Positions 21,249 through 30,050 of a DNA stretch of 64,000 bases are shown here, in pieces. The first letter of the stretch is position 1, and each line of letters begins with the position of its first letter. Source of the stretch: Candidatus Nealsonbacteria bacterium (lineage in GTDB: Bacteria; Patescibacteriota; Minisyncoccia; Minisyncoccales; UBA6532); contig JACPLN010000001.1 of NCBI GenBank assembly GCA_016186485.1, positions 18,377-82,376 of the forward strand, read 5' to 3'. The notes under the pieces were generated by a model, which had not been told where the DNA came from, made no database searches, and worked only from the letters and a program-made list of their open reading frames with translations. The position numbers and the translations under genes were made by a program.

Positions 21249-21324
21249 TGAGCGGGATAGTGGAGGACGTTAGAACCTGTTTTGTGAGTGGCGAGAGGTT
21301 TTTTATCCCGAGTTTGTCGGTGGA
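21249..21324 (+). repeat. att-like repeat (tRNA-Gly 3' end + integrase-tail arm), copy 1
   Basis: Begins TGAGCGGG (= tRNA-Gly 3' end); 76 bp, 2 mismatches to copy 2; encodes SGIVEDVRTCF. Confidence 0.85.
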
Positions 21325-21369
21325 GGGAGTGGAAATCAAGTAAAACTCCCAACCAAAACCCCATCGCTA

Positions 21370-21398
21370 TTGACAAATTCGAAGGAGACGTGTATAAT
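21370..21398 (+). promoter_or_regulatory. Sigma70-type promoter
   Basis: TTGACA-N17-TATAAT. Confidence 0.8.
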
Positions 21399-21417
21399 TT
21401 AATATGAAAAATAGGAG

Positions 21418-21816
21418 ATGCAAAGAATGGAAAAAAGGTTGTTAACGGAAGGAAGGATAAAATTGATTCAAGAAACCGTAAGTAGGATTTTGGGTGACCC
21501 TGTTGTAAAGAGAGTAGACGAGCGAGAAAGATGTCTAGGTTGGTCGCCACCGCTTGATAAACCCTATAAGCCATACAGACACGCCTTTGTGACGTATCTT
21601 ATTACTCCTTCACCAGCAAACAATAAGGATTACATAGAGTTTATTAAGATTGAGGTTCCAAAAGGATATGGGGATTTACCCTGGATCAAAGAAGTAACTA
21701 AAGCAGTACACGAGATTATCCGCGATAATAATGAGCCAGCCGTGGATATTGATCTGACAATTTTTGAAAGAACAGAAGATGGATCAGTAAAATCTGCTGG
21801 TCACAGAGATCTATAA
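21418..21816 (+). CDS. Hypothetical protein (cassette gene)
   Basis: AGGAG RBS, own promoter, downstream hairpin. Confidence 0.75.
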   Translation: MQRMEKRLLTEGRIKLIQETVSRILGDPVVKRVDERERCLGWSPPLDKPYKPYRHAFVTYLITPSPANNKDYIEFIKIEVPKGYGDLPWIKEVTKAVHEIIRDNNEPAVDIDLTIFERTEDGSVKSAGHRDL

Positions 21817-21951
21817 AAAAGTGCTCCTTTAACCTTAGAACACTAAGCAATAATAAATAGCCTCAAGAGCACCAAAACTCTTGAGCTTTTTGTTTTTGAG
21901 TAAAAGTAGTTAGCGTGAGTAATTAGTACTTAGGGATTTTGCTTTGCAAAA

Positions 21952-22027
21952 TGAGCGGGATAGTGGAGGACGTTAGAACCTGTTTTATGGGTGGCGAGAG
22001 GTTTTTTATCCCGAGTTTGTCGGTGGA
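21952..22027 (+). repeat. att-like repeat, copy 2
   Basis: Direct repeat of 21249-21324. Confidence 0.85.
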
Positions 22028-22086
22028 AGGGGCGAAATGGTTGACAAGTTAATATAGCCTGTTAAAATAGACATCGGAGGATAAAA

Positions 22087-22257
22087 ATGGAAGATAGTGG
22101 TTCTCTCTACGAAATAGTACCTTGTCCGGAATGCGGAGAGCCTACGAAGCAAAAGAAAAACGCAAGTCCAGACGAACGAGTGGTTTCTTGCGGTAGACCG
22201 ACGTGTTCATATTGGGAGAAAATAGGTTCTTCTGATGCTCCATCAAATTTTAATTAA
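22087..22257 (+). CDS. 56-aa zinc-ribbon-like protein (not in ORF track)
   Basis: TTGACA..TAAAAT promoter, GGAGG RBS, CPEC...CGRPTC. Confidence 0.65.
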   Translation: MEDSGSLYEIVPCPECGEPTKQKKNASPDERVVSCGRPTCSYWEKIGSSDAPSNFN

Positions 22258-22307
22258 GTCCTCGGAAATTTTTAGAAATTTTCGAGGATTTTTTGTTGCA
22301 ATTTTTG

Positions 22308-22378
22308 AGCGGGTGATGGGAATCGAACCCACGTAGTCTGGTTGGAAACCAGAAGCACTGCCATTGTGCTACACCCGC
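22308..22378 (-). tRNA. tRNA-Gly(TCC)
   Basis: Cloverleaf; anticodon TCC; U73. Confidence 0.95.
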
Positions 22379-22380
22379 AA

Positions 22381-22451
22381 TCGGGGTACTCGGATTTGAA
22401 CCGAGACTAAATCCTCCCAAAGGACTCGTGCTGCCATTACACCATACCCCG
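22381..22451 (-). tRNA. tRNA-Pro(TGG)
   Basis: Cloverleaf; anticodon TGG. Confidence 0.93.
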
Positions 22452-22522
22452 TACCACAAAATCTATCAAAAATTTTTCCCCAAGTCAAAAAAGAAAATTC
22501 GTGGTATAGTATCAATACAATC

Positions 22523-23503
22523 ATGAAACTTAATGATATTTTGGATCAGCTGAATATCATAGGCCAGTGCCGGAGATACGGCGTTTCTCTTTGGCAGTGC
22601 CCCCAATTTTTATTTTTAGTGATGGGGATGGTTATAATAGCCACAATGCTTACTTCTTATCTTTTGGGCATAAGGTATATTGAAGATCCCTTAATGGTGG
22701 CTTTTTTGGTGATTTTAATTACCGCCTTTTTATTTATAATCGGCTCCGTTATTGTCCAGAGTTTTGAAAAACTGGCTGAGGTTTCAAGAATGAAGACCGA
22801 GTTTATTAATATTGTTTCCCATCAATTAAGGGCTCCTTTAACTAGCATGAAATGGGCCCTTGAGGAATTTATTTTAAAACTGCCTCCGGAAGCGACTCAT
22901 AACCACGAAGAAGAATATATCAGCATACTAAAGGATAACAACGAAAGAATGGCAAAACTGATTAACGATCTTTTAATCGTTGCCAGAGCGGAACAGGGCA
23001 AACTGGTTATAAAAAAAGAAGAAATTTCTCCAACAGAATTAATAGAGAGGTCTATAAAAGATTTTTCTCCAATGGCCCAAGCTTTAAATGTTCAGGTAAT
23101 TTTTGAGCGCGAAAACGATCTGCCTAAAATCTTTGCCGACCCTTTCCAGTTAAAATTAGTCATAGACAATCTTTTAGACAACGCCATACGCTATTCAAGG
23201 CCATCGCAGGATAGAAACGACGGAGAAAGCGGGATCGTGGAAATGCGCCTTAAAAACAAAGGCAAAGATGTTTATTTTGAGATAAAAGACAACGGCGTTG
23301 GCATTCCTGACAATGACCAGAAATACATATTCCAGAAATTTTTCAGGTCAAGCAACGCATCAAGGTACCAGACTCAGGGCACGGGCCTCGGGCTTTTTAT
23401 CGCAAAATCAATCATTGAAGCATTAAAAGGGAAAATCGCTTTTAAAAGCAACGAAGATGACGGGTCGACATTTTGGTTTACTTTACCCATTAATAATCTA
23501 TGA
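22523..23503 (+). CDS. Sensor histidine kinase
   Basis: Two TM, SHQLRAP H-box, NLLDNA, DNGVGI, GTGLGL. Confidence 0.95.
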   Translation: MKLNDILDQLNIIGQCRRYGVSLWQCPQFLFLVMGMVIIATMLTSYLLGIRYIEDPLMVAFLVILITAFLFIIGSVIVQSFEKLAEVSRMKTEFINIVSHQLRAPLTSMKWALEEFILKLPPEATHNHEEEYISILKDNNERMAKLINDLLIVARAEQGKLVIKKEEISPTELIERSIKDFSPMAQALNVQVIFERENDLPKIFADPFQLKLVIDNLLDNAIRYSRPSQDRNDGESGIVEMRLKNKGKDVYFEIKDNGVGIPDNDQKYIFQKFFRSSNASRYQTQGTGLGLFIAKSIIEALKGKIAFKSNEDDGSTFWFTLPINNL

Positions 23504-23868
23504 AGAAAATATTATTTATAGAAGATGAGCCCGCTCTCCAAAAGACAATGGGAGATTTTCTTAAGGATGGGGGGTACGAAATAATCGGCGCCCTAGACGG
23601 TGAAAGCGGTCTGGAAATGGCCGAATCCCAAAAACCGGATTTAGTTATTTTGGACTTAGTCCTGCCGAGAATGGACGGTTTTGAAGTTTTGAAGTCCCTA
23701 AAAGCGAAGGAAGAGACCAAAGACATTCCCGTTATTGTCCTAACTAATCTTGAGAGGCTGGAAGACATCAGCAAAGTCCTTGCCTTGGGAGCCACAACCT
23801 ATTTGGTTAAGGCGAATTATACTTTAGAGGAGGTGGCAGACAAGATTAAGAAAACCCTCGGCGAGTAA
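23500..23868 (+). CDS. Single-domain response regulator
   Basis: IEDE, LDLVLPRMDG, YLVK. Confidence 0.95.
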   Translation: MKKILFIEDEPALQKTMGDFLKDGGYEIIGALDGESGLEMAESQKPDLVILDLVLPRMDGFEVLKSLKAKEETKDIPVIVLTNLERLEDISKVLALGATTYLVKANYTLEEVADKIKKTLGE

Positions 23869-23920
23869 TTATGGGAATTTGACCGAATGGTAATATTTGG
23901 ATATAATTCTTACTTGAGGG

Positions 23921-23995
23921 GCCCCCATAGCTCAATGGACAGAGCAATACCCTTCTAAGGTAAAGATGACTGTTCGACTCAGTCTGGGGGCACCA
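23921..23995 (+). tRNA. tRNA-Arg(TCT)
   Basis: Cloverleaf with CCA; anticodon TCT. Confidence 0.92.
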
Positions 23996-24045
23996 AACCA
24001 CAGGCAAATTATTGGCAAAAAAGTTAACAATATTGCTAAAAATCA

Positions 24046-25179
24046 ATGAGAAAAATAACCGCCTCGGTAATTAAAGCGGACGTTGGTTCCATCGGAGGCC
24101 ATACCAAGCCTTCCGAGAAAATGCTCCGCATTGTTCAAGATCGCGTAAAGGAATCCATAAACAAAGGATTGCTTCTTGACGGGTTTGTTTCCCATACCGG
24201 AGACGATATCGCTATTGTTATGAGCCACGAGCGCGGAGTCGGTAATCGCGAAATCCATCAATTTGCTTGGAATTGTTTTTTGGAAGCGACCAGAGAGGCG
24301 CAAAGAGCCGGACTTTACGGAGCCGGGCAAGATCTGTTAGTTGATGCTCCGGCAGGGACCGTTCGCGGGGCAGGCCCTGCGGTAGCGGAAATTGAGTTTA
24401 CTCGCGACCCGCAAAGCAAAGAGCGTCCCGCGGAAGCCTTTATCGTATTTACCGCAGACAAATGCGGGCCGGGCGCCTACAATTACCCTCTTTATGCCGT
24501 ATTCAGCGATCCAATGCACGATGGGGGATTGTTGCTGAATCCTAAAATGCGAAAAGGGTTTAGCATAACCGTTATTGATATGGATCATAAAGACGGAGAC
24601 CGCGTGATTAAACTTGAAATTCCGGAAAGAGTTTGGGACCTGGCCGTGCTAATGCAAAACCCGGATCGTTTCGCGATTGAATCTATACATTCGCGTTATG
24701 TCCCAGAAGAACAGATTGTTTCGGTATCTGCAACTAGGCTTCATAATATTGCGGGAAAATACACAGGTAAGGATGATCCGGTGGCTCTTGTTAGAACCCA
24801 GGGCATGTTCCCTGCCCCGGAGGAAATTGTTGAACCTTTTACGCTTGGGCATTTTGTTACCGGAGACGCCCGGGGATCTCATGTTATGCCCTTAATGCCT
24901 GTTGCCATAAACACGGCAGTGGCAGGGCCATATTGTTTACCGCTTGTTGCTTGCGTTGCTTTTTCGATGGACGCGGCTGGAAAATTTTCCGAAGAATACG
25001 TTGACATGTTTGGAAACGTAGCCTGGGACGCTGCGCGCCTTAAAATACAAAAGAAAGCGGATGAATGGAGGCGCCAAGGATTTATCGGCCCCACCATGGC
25101 TTCGCACCAAGAATTATCCTATACTGGCATAGTAGACGCCCTCCGTGAATTAGAAAAAGAATTTGAAGTGAGGAAATAA
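24046..25179 (+). CDS. fbp: Bifunctional fructose-1,6-bisphosphate aldolase/phosphatase (class V FBPase)
   Basis: KADVGSIGGH, GDDI, GLYGAGQDLL, YTGKDDP, RGSH. Confidence 0.92.
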   Translation: MRKITASVIKADVGSIGGHTKPSEKMLRIVQDRVKESINKGLLLDGFVSHTGDDIAIVMSHERGVGNREIHQFAWNCFLEATREAQRAGLYGAGQDLLVDAPAGTVRGAGPAVAEIEFTRDPQSKERPAEAFIVFTADKCGPGAYNYPLYAVFSDPMHDGGLLLNPKMRKGFSITVIDMDHKDGDRVIKLEIPERVWDLAVLMQNPDRFAIESIHSRYVPEEQIVSVSATRLHNIAGKYTGKDDPVALVRTQGMFPAPEEIVEPFTLGHFVTGDARGSHVMPLMPVAINTAVAGPYCLPLVACVAFSMDAAGKFSEEYVDMFGNVAWDAARLKIQKKADEWRRQGFIGPTMASHQELSYTGIVDALRELEKEFEVRK

Positions 25180-25191
25180 CAATAACTATAC

Positions 25192-25263
25192 GGTGGCTAT
25201 GGTGTAATGGCAGCACAGCGCCCTGTGGAGGCGCTAGAGGCAGTTCAAATCTGCTTAGCCACC
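25192..25263 (+). tRNA. tRNA-His(GTG), integration target
   Basis: G-1, anticodon GTG, C73. Confidence 0.95.
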
Positions 25264-26847
25264 CAAGACTGGATTTTGGGAGTAGATTTTCTCCCAATTC
25301 CGTTCATTCGAGCCATTTTTGAGAGGTTCGAACCGTTGCCGGAGCATTTTGACCTTTTTTGCCGCCCTTTCTATCAGAAGGAGCGGTTTTTCTATTGAAA
25401 TGGAGAGTTTTTGATCTTTCAGAGTGAGGTTCGAACCTAAGGCAGAGAGTATTGCTTTCTTTTCCTCTAAAGTTCCGGTTTCAAATTTCTGCTTCGCATC
25501 ACGAGCAAAATCAAACACTGTTTGTGCTGTCTGAATCCAATTATTCATCCGTCCATCTGTGTCATCTAAGATCTCGTGTAAACGGGCTTTCTCTTGAAGT
25601 AGTAGTTGTTTCTTTGAAAAAAATTCCTCTTCGGTAATTTCGTTTCCTGCTCGCATATCAATTAAAGCATCGATTTTTCTTATACAATTCTCGTAAGCTC
25701 TCTTATTATTTCCGAGGAGCACGTTTCTATTCTTTGCCTCTTGCTTATTTTCCGTCCGTAAGCATTCCATCGCCCATTCGTGGAACTCCGTTGGGATTTC
25801 AATATTTTGAAGCATCCGGGCAATTTGAGTCTCTAAGTCTTTCACCCCAATATATTTTTGAGTGCATTTTGGGTTCCTTCTTTTTGTACAACGGTAATAA
25901 GTATAAAAGTGGACATTCCCGTTTTTCTGCCGTTTTACTTTGTCTTCCGCAGTTATCATGCTGCCACATTCGCCGCACCTAATCATTCCAGTAAAGGCAA
26001 AATTATGGGTTTGTTTTCTCGGTTTAGAAGCATTACCCAAAATTATTTGAGCACGGTCGAACTCATCTTTTGTAATCATTAGATCGTGGTTGCCTTTAGG
26101 ATAAAGAACGCCGGCATAGACAAAGGCCCCGTAATAAAATGGGTCCTTAAAGATGTTATAGAATCTACTTCGCCCCATTTTCTTCCCATTTTTACGCGTT
26201 AGCCTCAATTCTTCTGTTGTATTTTCGTAGAGTTTCTGAATGGAAAAGTTGCCGGTCAGTAATATGTCCCATAGTTTTCTTACCAGATCGAATCGTTCTG
26301 GATCTTTCATAATGTCTTTTCTGCCTTTTTCCTTGAATTTATTATTGAGGTATCCTATAGGAGCCAGTCCTGGAAAGTCGCCTTGCTCGCACTTCCTAAG
26401 AAGTCCTCTCTTCGTATTAGCCCGCAATACCCTAATAAAATCGCTTGCACTCCCAAATTCTACTGCGGTAATCAGATGATTGTCCTCTGAGGTAAAAGAT
26501 CGCGTAGGTGTCTTTATAAATTTTAATAGTCCAGTTTCAAGACGATATTTAATACTCCCTGCGTCTGCCGAGTTTCTAGCAAGACGATCTAGTGCCCAAC
26601 ATAATATTCCATTCACCTTCCCTTCGTCTATAATTTTGAGCATTTCATTAAAGCCTTTCCTCCCAGGAGCTTTAGCTGATTTGGCCTCAGTCTTCGTCTT
26701 AACGATTTGAAGGCCTTCTTGTTCTGCAATCTTTTCCAATTCATCAACTTGCGCAGGAATGCTCAAAATTTGTCTGTCCTCAGACTCACTGGATTTTCGA
26801 GCATAAAGGAAGTATTTAATTTTTTGATTGTTTAATTCTTGGTGCAT
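25255..26847 (-). CDS. Large serine recombinase (resolvase + recombinase + zinc ribbon)
   Basis: YARKSSE catalytic Ser, DRLARN, APIGYLN, CGECG...YYRC. Confidence 0.95.
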   Translation of the reverse strand: MHQELNNQKIKYFLYARKSSESEDRQILSIPAQVDELEKIAEQEGLQIVKTKTEAKSAKAPGRKGFNEMLKIIDEGKVNGILCWALDRLARNSADAGSIKYRLETGLLKFIKTPTRSFTSEDNHLITAVEFGSASDFIRVLRANTKRGLLRKCEQGDFPGLAPIGYLNNKFKEKGRKDIMKDPERFDLVRKLWDILLTGNFSIQKLYENTTEELRLTRKNGKKMGRSRFYNIFKDPFYYGAFVYAGVLYPKGNHDLMITKDEFDRAQIILGNASKPRKQTHNFAFTGMIRCGECGSMITAEDKVKRQKNGNVHFYTYYRCTKRRNPKCTQKYIGVKDLETQIARMLQNIEIPTEFHEWAMECLRTENKQEAKNRNVLLGNNKRAYENCIRKIDALIDMRAGNEITEEEFFSKKQLLLQEKARLHEILDDTDGRMNNWIQTAQTVFDFARDAKQKFETGTLEEKKAILSALGSNLTLKDQKLSISIEKPLLLIERAAKKVKMLRQRFEPLKNGSNERNWEKIYSQNPVLGG

Positions 26848-26936
26848 GGTCTAAAATCGTTGTAAGAACCCTTTTAACCACAACATGCCGCTACCCAGAT
26901 TATAAGTCAAGCAGATAATTCACCTTACTATAGAAT

Positions 26937-27374
26937 TCAAATTTTTCCTTCCTTGATAAGCTTTTTAATTTCGGTTCTCTGGTCATCGGTTAGTTTTAGT
27001 TTGTAAGTTGTTTCCTCTTCGACCTTCCTTCTTTCTTCGGCTCCCCATTTTTGTCTTGCCCGGTTCTTTAAGAAGAAAATAATGGCGGTTAGGTTTCCTT
27101 TTTGAATGGCTTCGTAGAGTTTGCTTTCAACGTATTCGATTTGTTGTTTTTTCTCTTCCTCTATCTGTTTTACAAAATCGGGATACTTTTTCAGCCATTC
27201 ATAATAAGTGTCTCGGTTGATTCCGGTGGATTTGCAAGCGGCTGCGACCGTCCAGTATTTAAGGTATTCTTCAACCCAAATTTGTTGGTTCTCTCTAATG
27301 CGTTTCTCTATCAAAGTTTCGGTTTTTTTGTCGGATTTGTCGGATTTGGTTTTTGGCATTTTAGAGGTAGTCAT
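26937..27374 (-). CDS. HTH protein, terminase small subunit-like
   Basis: AACKSTGINRDTYYEW...AIIFFLKNR pattern. Confidence 0.6.
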   Translation of the reverse strand: MTTSKMPKTKSDKSDKKTETLIEKRIRENQQIWVEEYLKYWTVAAACKSTGINRDTYYEWLKKYPDFVKQIEEEKKQQIEYVESKLYEAIQKGNLTAIIFFLKNRARQKWGAEERRKVEEETTYKLKLTDDQRTEIKKLIKEGKI

Positions 27375-27395
27375 GGTCGTCTATGTCCACCAAAG

Positions 27396-27851
27396 TCATG
27401 GAATAGAATTTCTTTTCTTTGTTTTACCGCCTAAGATCGGAATAGGTCTTCCGCCTTTTCTGGTCAGCTCTTGTCTTTCGGCCCAGTCGAGGAAGTACTC
27501 GAACCATAATTTGAAATCCCCAGTTGATCCTTTTCTGATAATTGACTCATAGAATTTCATCATGACGTTTGACGTTCTGTCTTTTCCCCATTCTTTCCAT
27601 TGCTCTTGGATTTCGTCCCAGAAGCCTCGTTTCTTTTTGTAATTAGTTAAAGTATCTTCACCTACTCCGTAAATTTTAGCAAATTCCTTTTGGAATCTAG
27701 GTTCTCTTTCTGGTTCTGGCAAGCTCATCCACTTAATAAACCTATGATAAACATCTGGCCTATGTAGACTTTTCGGATTTTTAGGCAGTTTATTCGGAAA
27801 TCGGGTCCTTTTTTGCGGATTAATCCGCCTTTGTCTTTTAAGAGTAGTCAT
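27396..27851 (-). CDS. HTH protein, second terminase small subunit-like gene
   Basis: EFAKIYGVGEDTLTNYKK HTH; C-terminal ELTRKGGRPIPI. Confidence 0.5.
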   Translation of the reverse strand: MTTLKRQRRINPQKRTRFPNKLPKNPKSLHRPDVYHRFIKWMSLPEPEREPRFQKEFAKIYGVGEDTLTNYKKKRGFWDEIQEQWKEWGKDRTSNVMMKFYESIIRKGSTGDFKLWFEYFLDWAERQELTRKGGRPIPILGGKTKKRNSIP

Positions 27852-28075
27852 TGTCGTCTACGGCGCCAAAGTCGTACACAAGGGCAACCACGGCGTTACA
27901 TCCGTCATTTTCTGGTAAGTTATCAATTGTGTAGCAAATCTTTGATTTGCCACTATCTTATACTTAATAAGATAGTGATACTTAGTTACCTTAAGTTAGT
28001 ATTGTTAGTAGGCGTATTGCGACCATACCCCAGGCGTATTATGCCTTTACTGGTTAAGTCGTATTGTGACCATAC

Positions 28076-28471
28076 CTAAGGTTTTACTGGAAAAGATTTA
28101 AGAGGCCTATATTCTTTCTTTTGGTTCGACCAATTAGATACGGGCTTCCATTCGGTTCTATCTAAGAGCCAGTAAATGTTACTTCCCCGTCCTTTACTTG
28201 TCCGAGTTCTCATTCGGGCAGAAATTATATTCAATTCTTTTAATCTTTTAACTCCAGTTTTAACTGATGTTTCGCTGATACCCAATTCAGCCGCTAAATG
28301 CCCGATGGAAGGGAAACAGGTTCCATCTTTAGCGTGTCGGCATAAAGCGTGATAAACAACTTGACCCTGCCAGCCGACATACTTCGCATAGCCATTCAGA
28401 AACTCGTTATCAACGTAATAACGGTTTTCTTTTCTTTTATCTCTAACCTTAAATGGTTTATCTTGTTGCAT
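28076..28471 (-). CDS. Winged-HTH phage replication initiator-like protein (possibly truncated)
   Basis: VYHALCRHA...CFPSIGHLAAELGISETSV...SNIY. Confidence 0.7.
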   Translation of the reverse strand: MQQDKPFKVRDKRKENRYYVDNEFLNGYAKYVGWQGQVVYHALCRHAKDGTCFPSIGHLAAELGISETSVKTGVKRLKELNIISARMRTRTSKGRGSNIYWLLDRTEWKPVSNWSNQKKEYRPLKSFPVKP

Positions 28472-28736
28472 CTTTTTGGCGGAGAGTATACCATCGCTTT
28501 TGATTGCGTTTATTAAGCATTTTTATGTTTGATTCAGGTATAATTTCTAAAACACTATCCGTGGCGAGGGTTCTGATGCCTTTTTGAGATTTGCCTTTCT
28601 TCTTTATCGTGAATGGGCAGTACTCCTCTTCTAGCAACCTATCCTTCAAAACCGCCTCCGGATCAATCGGACAGATGTTGATTGAACAATTATCCCATCG
28701 AGGACATCCTTCAAGTTTATTGATTACTTTTTTCAT
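28458..28736 (-). CDS. Hypothetical Cys-containing protein
   Basis: CPRWDNCSINICPID; operon-coupled. Confidence 0.65.
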   Translation of the reverse strand: MKKVINKLEGCPRWDNCSINICPIDPEAVLKDRLLEEEYCPFTIKKKGKSQKGIRTLATDSVLEIIPESNIKMLNKRNQKRWYTLRQKDATR

Positions 28737-28902
28737 TTGTATTTTCTGCTTTTTTTATTTGGTCAAAAGAAACCGTGCCATAAATTGTTCGGTATAAATT
28801 CAAAAGCTTAGTTGCTTTAAGCAATGCTTCGTTGTCGTTCAGTTCTTCTCCAAATCTTTCCCGGTATAGCTTCCTAAATTGTTGAATGGCTTCTGGATTC
28901 AT
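28717..28902 (-). CDS. Small hypothetical protein
   Basis: 61 aa, helical (EAIQQFRKLYRERFGEEL); first gene of the island operon. Confidence 0.65.
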   Translation of the reverse strand: MNPEAIQQFRKLYRERFGEELNDNEALLKATKLLNLYRTIYGTVSFDQIKKAENTNEKSNQ

Positions 28903-29200
28903 AAAATAAAAGGTCCCAAATCTTTACGATTATTCATGTAAATAATCGCAAGTGATTTGGGACCAAATTTTTGATCCACATATTATCTCCTCGCTCTCTT
29001 ACTCTCTCCGGTGTGTAAGATAATCCATGCTTTTAGCATGAAGGAATTTTTCCGCCGCGAGGGCAGTCATTTATTCAATTTTCATTTTCATGATAACAAA
29101 CCAAAGAATTGTGTCAAGGGATCAAGCTTGTTTTTCTCCCTATCTATGTTATTCTATGGCTAGAAAATTAAACAGCCTAAACCTCGCTTTTGGGGCATGG

Positions 29201-29309
29201 CATAAAACCCATCGAAGATAAAGAGCTCCTCGTTCAGAGCACTCTTCGATGGGTCATAGCTCGAAAGGGCTATGGGTGGCGCAAGCCATCGCTGGCGGGG
29301 AGCTTTATG
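29201..29309 (+). ncRNA. Candidate structured RNA
   Basis: 12-bp stem, two GNRA-capped hairpins, closing stem and potential pseudoknot. Confidence 0.5.
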
Positions 29310-29340
29310 TTTCTATATAAAAAGCACCGCGTCAATTACC

Positions 29341-29577
29341 ATGGATCATAAACAATATCAAGAATTACAAAAAATAAGAGAAAAAGGGTTTACAGAAAGA
29401 GAGTTAAACGAAGTTTTGCGGTATCAACACGATTTAGGAATCAAGCACGGCGTCGTGATAATGCTATTTTTCGTAGTTTGCCCTTTAATAGTTATCCTCA
29501 CCGATCTACCCATTTGGGCAGATATCTTAGTCTTTGTCGTCCCATTGATCCCGACAATATTTTGGTTATCAGCTTAA
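29341..29577 (+). CDS. Small membrane protein
   Basis: MDHKQY start, two C-terminal TM. Confidence 0.6.
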   Translation: MDHKQYQELQKIREKGFTERELNEVLRYQHDLGIKHGVVIMLFFVVCPLIVILTDLPIWADILVFVVPLIPTIFWLSA

Positions 29578-29596
29578 AACAATTTATTGAATTTTC

Positions 29597-29860
29597 ATGA
29601 AAGAAAAAATTACCTTTAGTGCAATTTTCAAAATAAGCGTCCTGATTGCTTTCTTGGCGATAGCGTTTTCCATCGCTTTTTATTTTGTTTACTTTCTACC
29701 TAGCCAAGCAAGAGTAAAATTAGAACGACAAGAGGGACAATACAAAGCTTGTTTACAGAAGTGTGATGCCGAATACCAATCAGAGGTCTGTAATTTTGAA
29801 TGCAGAGAGAAGTATGCGAAACCTCTTCTCAAGTTTCCTGTACTATTTCCATCAGAATGA
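29597..29860 (+). CDS. Small membrane-anchored Cys-rich protein
   Basis: N-terminal TM; CxxxC...CxxxC. Confidence 0.6.
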   Translation: MKEKITFSAIFKISVLIAFLAIAFSIAFYFVYFLPSQARVKLERQEGQYKACLQKCDAEYQSEVCNFECREKYAKPLLKFPVLFPSE

Positions 29861-30050
29861 GATGACTTATAGTTTACAAATCGTTCGTAGCCGGGCAGTT
29901 TTTGTTTAAGAAATAGTGAGTAGTAAGGTGGGGTATACCCGAAATGTCGAACCCTTGCAATTTTCTTCAAAGCGTTGTAGACTATTGCGTTGCCCAAAGA
30001 CCTTTACTTTTTTTAGTTAAGGCAATAATGGTAGAATAATCAATACTATA

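Noticed and set aside
29880..30010. tRNA/tmRNA fragment (GGGTTCGAC on the minus strand)
   Set aside because: No T-stem or acceptor pairing could be built.
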